Assembly (NCBI GenBank): GCA_023269565.1
Contig: JAHFTD010000003.1
Coordinates: 5,540 to 69,539, forward strand
Direction of reading: 5' to 3'
DNA length: 64,000 bases
Origin: Opitutaceae bacterium
GTDB taxonomy: Bacteria; Verrucomicrobiota; Verrucomicrobiia; Opitutales; Opitutaceae
The notes beneath the pieces are model-generated. The model saw nothing but the letters and a program-made list of their open reading frames with translations, was not told the origin of the DNA and searched no databases. Below, piece after piece: positions 48,732-57,949 of this stretch (the first letter of the stretch is position 1; each line of letters begins with the position of its first letter). The position numbers and the translations under genes were made by a program.

Positions 48732-49586
48732 ATGAAAATAATTCTCGCCACCCGCCAAAGCCCGCTGGCCCTCACCCAGACCGAAATGGTGGCGGCGCGT
48801 TTCGGGGAGATCCTGTCTGGTGTCGAGTGTGAACTCCTTAAAATTGTCACCACCGGCGACCGGCAGACCGGCTGGTCGCTGGCGCAGGAGGGTGGCAAGG
48901 GTCTTTTCACCGCGGAACTCGAGCAGGCGCTGCTCCGCGGCGCAGCGCATGTGGCGGTGCACAGCTGCAAGGATCTGCCCGGGGAAAATCCCGCGGGCCT
49001 CGCGCTTGCCGGTTTCCTGCCGCGCGCCGACGCGCGCGACGTGCTGGTGCTGTGCGAAGGCGTGGCCACACCCGCTTCCATCGCCACCAGCAGCCCGCGC
49101 CGCCAGCTGCAGATTGCCCGGCTGTTCCCGCAGGCGAAGTTCACCGAGATCCGCGGCAACGTGGACACTCGTCTGAAAAAAATCGCCGCCGGCGCCGCCG
49201 ATGCGACCATTCTCGCCGCCGCCGGTCTCGCCCGTCTCGGTATCGCGCAATGGCCGGGAATCGTCTTCCGGCCGCTCACCTTTGAGGAAAGCGTGCCCGC
49301 GGTGGGGCAGGGGGCCATCGCCGTCCAATGCCGGGCCGGTGACGCCACCCGATTCACCCCGGCGCTCGATGCCGCGACCGCCCGCGCGGTCAACCTCGAG
49401 CGCGCTTTCCAGGCGCTGCTCGGCGGCGGCTGCCAGATTGCGTTCGCCGCCCATGCGACGGCGGACCGGCTCCACTTCTTTCACGAAAAAACCGGAACCC
49501 GCTCGTGGCCACTGACCGGCATTGAGTTCGCCCAACCCCGGGAGCACGCGCGGCGGATGCTGCGGGAGATGAATTTCGATGTCTAA
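48732..49586 (+). CDS. hemC: hydroxymethylbilane synthase (porphobilinogen deaminase)
   Basis: ORF 48606..49586 trimmed to the ATG at 48732, after the tRNA. MKIILATRQSPLALTQTE, TTGDR, RGNVDTRLKK. Confidence 0.9.
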   Translation: MKIILATRQSPLALTQTEMVAARFGEILSGVECELLKIVTTGDRQTGWSLAQEGGKGLFTAELEQALLRGAAHVAVHSCKDLPGENPAGLALAGFLPRADARDVLVLCEGVATPASIATSSPRRQLQIARLFPQAKFTEIRGNVDTRLKKIAAGAADATILAAAGLARLGIAQWPGIVFRPLTFEESVPAVGQGAIAVQCRAGDATRFTPALDAATARAVNLERAFQALLGGGCQIAFAAHATADRLHFFHEKTGTRSWPLTGIEFAQPREHARRMLREMNFDV

Positions 49587-50367
49587 AGCAACCGCACTAC
49601 TCACCGGACGCCGCATCGTCCTCACCCGTCCTACGGAACAGTCCGGTGACTGGCGCCGTCGTCTCGAAAGACTCGGCGTGGTCGTCCTGGAACTGCCGCT
49701 CATCCGCGTGACCAAGGACGTCGATCTCCACCTGCTCGCCGAGATTTTCCCCGAGCTAGGCCGCTACGAATGGCTGGTGTTCACCAGTGCCAACGGTGTG
49801 AAGTATTTTTTCGAGGAATTCCACCGCGTGTTCGACGACATCCGCTCGCTCGGGTTTGTCCGCATCGCGGCCGTCGGAACGGCAACCGCCGCCGCCCTGC
49901 GCGCGCAGCACCTGCGCATCGATCTGCTATCCGACAAGGCCACCGGGGAGGCGCTGGCCCGGGCCCTGCTCGCGCGCGAATCGATGGACAGCGCCAAGGT
50001 CCTTGTCGTCACCGGCAGCCGGAATCGCGAGACGCTCGTGCAGCTGCTCCACGACAACGGCGCCATCGTCGACACGCTGCCTGTCTATCGGACGGAGGAG
50101 ACCGACCTGACCGCCGACCCGGCCGCCGCCGATTTCCGCGCGCTCGGCGCCGACGCCATCCTGTTCGCCAGTCCCTCCGCGGTGCAGTCCTATGCGGACC
50201 AAGCCACCGCTCTGAAACTCGCGCCCAACGCGCAAATCCCGCTGAACGGCAGCATCGGGCCCACCACCACCGAGGCTCTGAAAGAGTTCGGTCTGACCGC
50301 CGGTTTCGAAGCCGGTGCACCGGACTTAGACTCGCTGCTCACCGCCCTTGTCGCCCGTCTGAAATAG
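49579..50367 (+). CDS. hemD: uroporphyrinogen-III synthase
   Basis: 262 aa. Overlaps hemC by 8 nt. HEM4-like (RRIVLTRP, WLVFTSANGV, ILFASPSAV). Confidence 0.82.
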   Translation: MSKATALLTGRRIVLTRPTEQSGDWRRRLERLGVVVLELPLIRVTKDVDLHLLAEIFPELGRYEWLVFTSANGVKYFFEEFHRVFDDIRSLGFVRIAAVGTATAAALRAQHLRIDLLSDKATGEALARALLARESMDSAKVLVVTGSRNRETLVQLLHDNGAIVDTLPVYRTEETDLTADPAAADFRALGADAILFASPSAVQSYADQATALKLAPNAQIPLNGSIGPTTTEALKEFGLTAGFEAGAPDLDSLLTALVARLK

Positions 50368-50373
50368 CACTCC

Positions 50374-51468
50374 ATGAAAGTCCCGTTCCTCGACCTCAAG
50401 CTCCAGCACCAGGCCATCCGCACCGAGGCGCTCGCCGCCCTCGCCGACACTTACGACAACACCCGCTTCTGTCTCGGCCGGGATGTGGAGGAATTCGAGA
50501 AGACGTTCAGCACCATGTTCGGCCACCCGCGCACGCTGGGCATGAACAGTGGCACCTCACCGCTGCATATCGCGTCGCTCTGCGGCGGCTTCGGCCCGGG
50601 CGACGAAGTCATCACCACGCCGTTCACCTTTGCGTCGAGCTGCTGGGGCATCAGCTACGTCGGCGCCAAGCCGGTGTTCGTCGACATCGATCCCGACACT
50701 TGGTGCGTCAGCCCGGAGGCGATCGCGAAAGCGGTTACGCCGCGGACGAAGGGCATCGTGGTCGTGCATATCTTCGGCCAACCCGCCCGGATGGACGAGA
50801 TCATGGCGATCGCCAGGCAACACAAACTATTCGTCGTGGAGGATTGCGCACAGGCCGTCGGCGCCACCTGCAACGGCGCACCGGTCGGCGGCATCGGTGA
50901 CTGCGGCACGTTCAGCTTTTACCCGACCAAGAACCTCGGCGCCTGCGGCGAGGGCGGGGCGTTTGTCTCGCGGCATCCGACGGTGATGGACCGGGCGCAA
51001 CTGCTGCGCGTCCACGGCTCGCCGAAACGCTACCTGCACACCGAGGTGGGTTTCAACTTCCGCATGGACGGCTTCCAAGGCGCGGTGCTCAGTATCAAGC
51101 TGAAGAAGCTGGCCGGCTGGACCGCCCGCCGGCGCGCCATCGCGGCGAAGTATCGCGCCGGCATCAAGCTCGCCGGCGTGCAATTGCCCGCCGTGCCGGC
51201 CTACGGCGAGTCCGTGTGGCACCAGTTCACTCTGCTGCATCCGCAGCGCGACGCGCTCCGCACGCACTTGGAAAAATGCAGCGTCGGCACCGACATCATC
51301 TATCCCGGCCCGATGCACCGGCAGCCGTGCTACGCGTCGCTCGGCTACAAGCCCGGCAGCATTCCTGTTGCTGAGGCGACCAGCGCCCATTGCATCAGTC
51401 TGCCGATCTTCCCGGAGCTGGCCGACGAGCAGGTCGACCATGTCATCACGTCGGTGAATACTTTCTGA
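50374..51468 (+). CDS. DegT/DnrJ/EryC1/StrS-family PLP aminotransferase
   Basis: 364 aa. VPFLDLKLQH, FSFYPTKNLGACGEGG (Lys for PLP). Confidence 0.88.
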   Translation: MKVPFLDLKLQHQAIRTEALAALADTYDNTRFCLGRDVEEFEKTFSTMFGHPRTLGMNSGTSPLHIASLCGGFGPGDEVITTPFTFASSCWGISYVGAKPVFVDIDPDTWCVSPEAIAKAVTPRTKGIVVVHIFGQPARMDEIMAIARQHKLFVVEDCAQAVGATCNGAPVGGIGDCGTFSFYPTKNLGACGEGGAFVSRHPTVMDRAQLLRVHGSPKRYLHTEVGFNFRMDGFQGAVLSIKLKKLAGWTARRRAIAAKYRAGIKLAGVQLPAVPAYGESVWHQFTLLHPQRDALRTHLEKCSVGTDIIYPGPMHRQPCYASLGYKPGSIPVAEATSAHCISLPIFPELADEQVDHVITSVNTF

Positions 51469-51470
51469 AT

Positions 51471-52421
51471 ATGACGAATGTAGGCACCGCGGACATTCCT
51501 ATGAAAACAACCCATGTCTTCTACAGTTGCCGTCGTGCAGGCAGGCGAGTGCGAGGGCTCGCGCTTTGGCTTCCTCTATTCATCTCCTCGGTTGCTGTCG
51601 CCGAGATTGCCAACTTCACGCCTGCGGGCGAGCCCTACAAGCGACTCGCCCGGCTGGATGCGCAGCCGGCCGGGCCGGATTTGCCGTTGGATCAGCAGAG
51701 GTTCGCCAACAATCCGGGCGTGGTTGAGAGCGTCCGCGCGAGCAAGCCGGAGTTTCTGCATATTCCGCTGGATGAGATCGAGCTGCCCGCATGCCCTGCC
51801 AACAGCTCCGCGCAGGCCCGGGCGGAAATCGACTACCTGCTGCAGCTCCAAGAACATCGCACCAAACTGGAGGGCTTGCAGGCCCTCCGTTTCGCCGACT
51901 GGGGACACAGCCCAGACATACAGCCTGGCAAACCGGGCTATGCGGCCAGTAGAGCCGCCCTTTTCTCGATCGGCCACTCCATCGGCCCATGGTTCACGGC
52001 CAGCCGGTTGCCCCGGACGGCCAACCTGATGAGCCGCGTGTGGCACGATGCCCACTACCATATCTGGAGCCTGAAGTTCAAATACGCCCGAATCCGGCCC
52101 GTGGTCATCGATCCCCGGATCAATAACCTGCAGCAAACTGGCTGGGCGGCATTTCCCAGCGGGCATTCCTCCAATGCCTACATCCTGGCCTATTTCTACA
52201 GTGTGCTGGCTCCGGAATTCACCAATGTTTTCCTGCGGGATGCCCGGGAGATCGCCCATTCGCGCGAGATCATCGGCGTGCACTATCCCAGCGACACCGA
52301 GGCCGGCCGCGTGCTGGCGCGGCAGTTCGTCAACCGGCTGCTGCAGAACGAGGCCTTCCGCGCGGAGTTTGCCAAGGTTCGCAAGGAATGGGCGCGCGCC
52401 CGTGTCGACCCGGAGGATTGA
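51471..52421 (+). CDS. secreted PAP2-superfamily phosphatase
   Basis: ATG at 51471 (alternative at 51501). Signal-like LALWLPLFISSVAVA. PAP2 motifs KYARIRP, PSGHSS, SREIIGVHYPSD. Confidence 0.8.
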   Translation: MTNVGTADIPMKTTHVFYSCRRAGRRVRGLALWLPLFISSVAVAEIANFTPAGEPYKRLARLDAQPAGPDLPLDQQRFANNPGVVESVRASKPEFLHIPLDEIELPACPANSSAQARAEIDYLLQLQEHRTKLEGLQALRFADWGHSPDIQPGKPGYAASRAALFSIGHSIGPWFTASRLPRTANLMSRVWHDAHYHIWSLKFKYARIRPVVIDPRINNLQQTGWAAFPSGHSSNAYILAYFYSVLAPEFTNVFLRDAREIAHSREIIGVHYPSDTEAGRVLARQFVNRLLQNEAFRAEFAKVRKEWARARVDPED

Positions 52422-52496
52422 CCTCTCAGTGTAGTTCTCGCCGCGCTCTCTGGAGACGCTGCCGTTAGGTGAACCCGGAGATGCCGGAGACGTGTC

Positions 52497-53840
52497 TCAG
52501 AACCCCGGCATCCCGCCGCGGCCCTTCATCGCCTCCATCTGGCGCATGAGCTTCTTCTGGTTGCCGCCCTTCATCATCTTCATGAGCTTCTGCATCTGCT
52601 CGAACTGCTTGATGAGCTGGTTGACCTCGAGCACCTTCACGCCGGCGCCCTTCGCGATGCGCATCCGGCGGTTGCCGTTCAGCAGCTGCGGCTTCCGGCG
52701 CTCCTGCACGGTCATCGACTGGATGATGGCCTCGGTGCGCTTCATCTGGCGCTCGGAGTCGTCGGGCAGCTGCACCCCGCTCATGCCGGGCATCATGCCC
52801 ATGATGGACTGCATCGAGCCCATCTTCTTTACCTGCTGCATCTGCGCGAGGAAGTCCTCCAGGTTGAAGTCCGCCTTGCGCATCTTCTCCGCCATGCGCT
52901 CGGCTTCGTGCTGATCGATGTTCTCCTGCGCCTTTTCGACGAGCGAGACAACGTCGCCCATGCCGAGGATGCGCGAGGCGAGCCGGTCGGGGTAAAACGG
53001 CTCGAAGTCCGCCGTCTTCTCACCCACGCCGATGAACTTGATCGGCACACCGGTGACGGCCTTGATGGACAGCGCGGCGCCGCCGCGAGCGTCGCCGTCG
53101 AGCTTGGTCAGAACGAGGCCGGTCAGCTGCAGTGCCTCGTGAAAAGCCTTGGCGACATTCACAGCCTCCTGGCCCAGCGCACCGTCGGCAACAAGCAGCA
53201 CCTCGTCGGGCTGCACCACCGCGTGGAGGCGTTTCACTTCCTCGATCAATTCCTGGTCGATCTGCAGCCGGCCGGCGGTGTCGAAGAGGATGACGTCGGC
53301 ATTGGCCGCTTTCGCCGCCTCCAGCGCGGCCCGGCCGATGGCGGGCACGTCGCGCGAACCGCGGTCGCAGTAAAACCCAAGCTCCTCCTGCTGCGCGAGA
53401 ATCTCGAGCTGGTCGATGGCGGCGGGACGGTAGATATCGCACGCCACAACCAAGGGCCGCGCGCCGCGCTTCTTGAGCAGCTTGCCCAGCTTGGCGGTGG
53501 AGGTGGTCTTGCCCGAACCGTGGAGGCCGACCATGAGCACCCGCAGGGGGCGCTTCGCGGCGAGTTCCGTCGCGCCCTCGCCGAGGAGTCCGACCAGTTC
53601 GTCGTGGATGATCTTCACGACTTGCTGGCCGGGCGTCACGCTCTGCAGGACTTCCTGGCCGGCACACTGCGTCTGCACGCGCTCGACGAAATCGCGCGCC
53701 ACCTTGAAGTTGACATCGGCAGCGAGGAGGGCGGCGCGCACTTCCCGAAGCGCCTCGGCCATGTTTTCTGGCGTGAGCCGGCCGACGCCGCGCAGGTTGC
53801 GCAGCGCACTGGTCAGTTTCTCGGTCAGGGATTCGAACAT
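52497..53840 (-). CDS. ffh: signal recognition particle protein Ffh
   Basis: Trimmed to [39 protein letters not shown]. Met-rich M domain ([14 protein letters not shown]). Confidence 0.93.
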   Translation of the reverse strand: MFESLTEKLTSALRNLRGVGRLTPENMAEALREVRAALLAADVNFKVARDFVERVQTQCAGQEVLQSVTPGQQVVKIIHDELVGLLGEGATELAAKRPLRVLMVGLHGSGKTTSTAKLGKLLKKRGARPLVVACDIYRPAAIDQLEILAQQEELGFYCDRGSRDVPAIGRAALEAAKAANADVILFDTAGRLQIDQELIEEVKRLHAVVQPDEVLLVADGALGQEAVNVAKAFHEALQLTGLVLTKLDGDARGGAALSIKAVTGVPIKFIGVGEKTADFEPFYPDRLASRILGMGDVVSLVEKAQENIDQHEAERMAEKMRKADFNLEDFLAQMQQVKKMGSMQSIMGMMPGMSGVQLPDDSERQMKRTEAIIQSMTVQERRKPQLLNGNRRMRIAKGAGVKVLEVNQLIKQFEQMQKLMKMMKGGNQKKLMRQMEAMKGRGGMPGF

Positions 53841-53904
53841 GGGAAGCGGCAGGAAGAAGGAAGTATCGCTTGCAAGCAAGCTCCTCCCCAATGAACGTCA
53901 AGCC

Positions 53905-55383
53905 ATGTCATCCGCCGTGCGCACCGTCGCCATTGTCGGCCGTCCCAATGTGGGCAAAAGCCGCCTGTTCAACCGGCTGGCGCGTCGCCGCATTTCCATC
54001 GTGCACGACCAGCCGGGCGTCACGCGCGATATTATTTCCGCCGAGGTCAAGGACGGCGCCTACACGCTGCTCGACACCGGCGGCCTGGGTCTGACGGGCG
54101 GCGACACCCCCGCGCACATCATCAAGGCTACGGAGGCACAGGCGCGCTTCGCGATCGCCGCGGCCGATGTCATTCTGTTCACCGTCGATGCGCGCGAGGG
54201 GATCACGGCGTTGGACGAGCGCGTCGCCCAGCTGCTCCGGCGGCACCGGCGGCAGGTGCTGCTCGTCGCCAACAAGGCCGATGATGGCGGCGGCGGGAGA
54301 AAAATTGCCGGGCACGAGGAGTTTTTCCGTCTGGGCTTTGATGAGCCGTTCTTCATCTCGGCGGAACATGGCAATGGCGAAGCCGAGCTGCGCACCGCCA
54401 TCCTCGCCAAGCTTGGCCCCGATCCGGCGGCGGCGGCCGCGCCGGAGACGGACCGGTTGAAGATCTGCTTCGTCGGCCGGCCCAATGTCGGGAAATCCTC
54501 CCTCGCCAACCGACTCCTCCAAAGCGACAAACTCATCGTCAGCCCTGTGCCCGGCACCACGCGCGATTCGGTCGAGCACGATTTCCTCTTCCGGAACCGC
54601 GACGGCGCCGAATGGAAATTCCGCCTGATCGACACCGCCGGCATCCGCGCCTCTGCCAAGTTGTCCTCGTCGGTCGAGTATTTCTCCCGCGTGCGTTCGC
54701 TCGACTCCATCCGCAGCGCCGACGTCGTCTACATGGTGCTCGACGTAATGGACGGCGTGACGCAGCAGGACAAGGCCGTCGCCGGCGAGATTGTCGCGGC
54801 GGCCAAGCCCATCGTCGTCGTCGTCAACAAATGGGATCTGGTCCACGCCGCCTTCCGCCGGGGCGAGCTGGAGAAATTCAAAAACGAGCGTGATTTCCGG
54901 GAAAAATTCGAAAACGCCCTCTACGACCGGCTTTTCTTCACGCCCGGTGCGCCGGTGATCTTTGCCTCCGCCCTCACCGGCCACGAGATCGAGCGCATGC
55001 TGCGCGCCGCCCGCGCGCTGAACCGCCGCTTGGAGACAAAAATTCCCACCGCCAAACTCAACCAGACGCTCATCCGTCTCGCCGACCGCGTGCCGCCGCC
55101 CGCGGTGGGCGGCGTGCGCTTCCGCATTTATTACGCCACGCAGGTCAGCAACCGGCCGTTTCGCATCAAGGTGTTTTGCAACAACGACCGGAAGCTCGAC
55201 GAGTCCTACCGGCGCTACCTCGAATCCGGTCTGGTCAAAGAGTTCGAGCTTGATGGCTGCCCGATCCATTTCGATCTCATCGGCAAACCTCCGCGCAAGC
55301 TCGGGGGCGTCAAGAAAAGCCGCGAGGACGGCGGCGAGTCCGCCGAGCCGGCGGAAGTGTGGGGCGGACTTAGCGAGGATTGA
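53905..55383 (+). CDS. der: ribosome-biogenesis GTPase Der (EngA)
   Basis: ORF 53473..55383 trimmed to the ATG at 53905. Two G domains (GRPNVGKSRLFN..DTGG; GRPNVGKSSLAN..DTAGIR..NKWD) and a KH-like C-terminus. Confidence 0.92.
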   Translation: MSSAVRTVAIVGRPNVGKSRLFNRLARRRISIVHDQPGVTRDIISAEVKDGAYTLLDTGGLGLTGGDTPAHIIKATEAQARFAIAAADVILFTVDAREGITALDERVAQLLRRHRRQVLLVANKADDGGGGRKIAGHEEFFRLGFDEPFFISAEHGNGEAELRTAILAKLGPDPAAAAAPETDRLKICFVGRPNVGKSSLANRLLQSDKLIVSPVPGTTRDSVEHDFLFRNRDGAEWKFRLIDTAGIRASAKLSSSVEYFSRVRSLDSIRSADVVYMVLDVMDGVTQQDKAVAGEIVAAAKPIVVVVNKWDLVHAAFRRGELEKFKNERDFREKFENALYDRLFFTPGAPVIFASALTGHEIERMLRAARALNRRLETKIPTAKLNQTLIRLADRVPPPAVGGVRFRIYYATQVSNRPFRIKVFCNNDRKLDESYRRYLESGLVKEFELDGCPIHFDLIGKPPRKLGGVKKSREDGGESAEPAEVWGGLSED

Positions 55384-55389
55384 GCGGTT

Positions 55390-56403
55390 ATGCTGCGGCT
55401 TGTCTTCATGGGCTCCGATCCGATCGCGCTGCCGGCGCTGGAGTGGCTGGCGGGCGAGGGCCGGCCGGTGGCGGAAGTCGTGGGAGTCTTCACGCAGCCC
55501 GACCGTCCCGCCGGCCGCGGACAGAAAGTGCAGCCCGGCGCAATCAAGCTCTGGGCGCAGCAGAGCGGACGGCCGTGTCATCAGCCGGAGAAGCTGACCG
55601 AAGGTGTGCGCCAGCAACTCGCCGCGCTGCGGCCCGATGTCACGCTGGTCATGGCCTACGGGCATATTTTACGGGAAAACTTCATCGCGACCCCACGGCT
55701 TGGCACACTCAATCTGCACACGTCGCTTCTGCCCAAATACCGCGGCGCCTCACCCGTGCAGACCGCCATCGCGTGCGGCGAGCGCGAAACCGGAGCGACG
55801 CTGATGCGCATTGTCCCGAAGCTCGATGCCGGCCCGGTCAGCGACAGCGAGCGCGTGCCAATTGCGCCCCTCGATACGGCCACAGAGGTGGAGGCAAAGC
55901 TGGCGCAGGCCTGCGTGCCGCTCCTCGCGCGCGCTTTGCCGAAGCTGGACGCGGGCACCCTGATTTTCACCGGACAGGATGAAGCCGTAGCCACTTACTG
56001 CAGGAAACTGACCAAAGAGGACGGTCTTCTGGATTTTCATGCGACCGCGACCGAACTCGCCGGCCGCATCAACGGCCTGATGCCGTGGCCCGGCCCGTCG
56101 GTCGAGATCGGCGGACAGCCAGTCAAACTCGGCCTCGCCGACGCTTCGCCAGCGGGAGAATGTCATATATTAGATGACAATGCCGCCGCACCCGGAACGG
56201 TGCTCGGCGCCGATGCAGAGGGTCTGCTGGTGGCGACGGGGCGGGGGACACTGCGCCTGCGCAAGCTCCAACGGCCCGGCGGCCGGATGCTCCCAACGGT
56301 TGAGTTTCTCCGCGGATTCCCCGTCGCCCCGGGCACGGTGCTGCCATCACGTCCGATGCCGCCCTTGGCGGCCCGTGAACCGTTCCCGAGACCGGCGTCC
56401 TAA
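55390..56403 (+). CDS. fmt: methionyl-tRNA formyltransferase
   Basis: 337 aa. MLRLVFMGS, FTQPDRPAGRGQK, NLHTSLLPKYRGASPVQ. Confidence 0.92.
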   Translation: MLRLVFMGSDPIALPALEWLAGEGRPVAEVVGVFTQPDRPAGRGQKVQPGAIKLWAQQSGRPCHQPEKLTEGVRQQLAALRPDVTLVMAYGHILRENFIATPRLGTLNLHTSLLPKYRGASPVQTAIACGERETGATLMRIVPKLDAGPVSDSERVPIAPLDTATEVEAKLAQACVPLLARALPKLDAGTLIFTGQDEAVATYCRKLTKEDGLLDFHATATELAGRINGLMPWPGPSVEIGGQPVKLGLADASPAGECHILDDNAAAPGTVLGADAEGLLVATGRGTLRLRKLQRPGGRMLPTVEFLRGFPVAPGTVLPSRPMPPLAAREPFPRPAS

Positions 56404-56436
56404 GTTCGCTTGTTTTTGCGCGCAAATTTCCCAACC

Positions 56437-57027
56437 ATGCCCCGCATGCTATCCCGAGTCTGGCGAATCAGCCTCCTGCTGGCCGCGGCCGTCACGACCG
56501 CGGCGGCGCAATCGGGACGCCCCGATCCCGTGCAGAGCGAACTGGCCGGTCTCCGCGAGGATCTGCGCCTGCTGAACCAGCGCGTCGGCGAACTTTCACT
56601 GACCATCGAACAGCTGTCGCGCGAAAACAGCGCGCTGCAAACCAAGGCCGGCCAGAGCTACGCGACGATCGAGCAGCTCAACAAAGCCGTGGCGGATCTG
56701 AACCGTTCGCTGCAAAACGCGCTGGCCGACCAGAAGCACGAGGTGCTCCAGCAGGTCGCCGGGCAGATCGAGCGGCTGGGTCGCCAGACCAACGCCGCGC
56801 TCGACGCCCTCGCCAAGGGCCAGGCAACCCGCCCGACGGTGCAGACGACATTCTCCGAGGATTTCCCGAAGGAGGGCACCAATTACACCGTGCAATCGGG
56901 CGACACACTTTCCATCATCGCCAAGAAGACCGGCGCCAAGATGCAGGACATCATCAACGCGAACAAGATCGCTGACCCGACCAAGATCCGGGTCGGCCAG
57001 ACACTGTTCATACCGCAGGGGAAATAA
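56437..57027 (+). CDS. secreted coiled-coil protein with C-terminal LysM domain
   Basis: ATG at 56437. Signal peptide RISLLLAAAVTTAAAQ, long heptad-like region, LysM domain YTVQSGDTLSIIAKKTGAKMQDIINANKI..VGQTLFIP. Confidence 0.82.
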   Translation: MPRMLSRVWRISLLLAAAVTTAAAQSGRPDPVQSELAGLREDLRLLNQRVGELSLTIEQLSRENSALQTKAGQSYATIEQLNKAVADLNRSLQNALADQKHEVLQQVAGQIERLGRQTNAALDALAKGQATRPTVQTTFSEDFPKEGTNYTVQSGDTLSIIAKKTGAKMQDIINANKIADPTKIRVGQTLFIPQGK

Positions 57028-57029
57028 CC

Positions 57030-57938
57030 ATGGCCACCAGCAAATCACGACTCGGGCGCGGACTCGGCGCACTCATCAGCAGCGGCACTACAACGCCGAA
57101 ACCGGACGCACCCTCCGCAGCCGCCAAACCCGACGCGCCCGTCGAGGCCGGTCCCGCCGGCTACCGCGAAATCCCACTGCACCAAATCGAACCGAATCCC
57201 TATCAGCCGCGCCGCGAGATGGACTCCGAGCAGTTGCACGAGCTGGTCGAGAGCATCCGCGCCGAGGGTTTGCTGCAGCCGGTCGTGGTCCGGCCGGTGG
57301 GTGACAAATACCAGCTCATTGCGGGCGAGCGCCGCTGGCGCGCGTTCCAGCAACTCAAGCTCCCCAGCATACCCGCGCGCGTGATGACCTCCAGCGACGC
57401 CTCCTCCGCCGCGCTGGCTCTGATCGAGAACCTGCAGCGCGAGGGCCTCAACCCCATCGACGAGGCGCACGGTTACGCCAGCCTCATCCGCGATTTCGAC
57501 CTCACCCAGGAGGCGACCGCCCAGCGCGTGGGCAAGAACCGTGCCTCGGTGGCCAATTCACTGCGGTTACTTTCCCTTGAGCCCGAAATCCAGGGATATC
57601 TCGGCAAGAATCTGCTCAGCGTTGGCCACGCCAAGGTGCTGCTCGGCGTCGAGGACTCCGCCGAGCGTCTGCTTCTGGCGCGGCGCTCACTCGAAGGCGG
57701 CCTGAGTGTGCGCGCGCTTGAGGAACTGCTGAAGCACGGCCGCGGCGGCACCGGCAAGCGCCGGCGCATGCCCGCCGCCACGGCCGCGGCTCTCACCGAC
57801 ATCGAGAAGAAGCTGACCTCGCACCTCGGCGCGCGTGTCAGCCTCCGGCATTCGCCCCGGCGGGGCCGGATCGTCATTGAATACAAAGGCAACGAGGATC
57901 TGCAGCGCGTGCTCGGGAGAATGGGGCTCACACTGTAG
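57030..57938 (+). CDS. parB: ParB/Spo0J chromosome-partitioning protein
   Basis: 302 aa. GRGLGALI, ParB box LIENLQREGLNPIDEAHGY, HTH region TQEATAQRVGKNRASVANSLRLL. Confidence 0.9.
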   Translation: MATSKSRLGRGLGALISSGTTTPKPDAPSAAAKPDAPVEAGPAGYREIPLHQIEPNPYQPRREMDSEQLHELVESIRAEGLLQPVVVRPVGDKYQLIAGERRWRAFQQLKLPSIPARVMTSSDASSAALALIENLQREGLNPIDEAHGYASLIRDFDLTQEATAQRVGKNRASVANSLRLLSLEPEIQGYLGKNLLSVGHAKVLLGVEDSAERLLLARRSLEGGLSVRALEELLKHGRGGTGKRRRMPAATAAALTDIEKKLTSHLGARVSLRHSPRRGRIVIEYKGNEDLQRVLGRMGLTL

Positions 57939-57949
57939 TCTGACCGCGC

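Noticed and set aside
53473-53904. Long upstream in-frame extensions given by the ORF track for der, with similar cases for ppk1 (to 20186), hemC (from 48606), the pseudopilins (38680, 40605, 41621), comM, ffh and proS
   Set aside because: The extensions overlap neighbouring genes or a tRNA and lack family-like sequence. Internal ATG/GTG starts give canonical N-termini and sensible intergenic spacing.
53908-55665. 585-aa minus-strand ORF
   Set aside because: Antisense to der and the start of fmt. No motifs were recognised.
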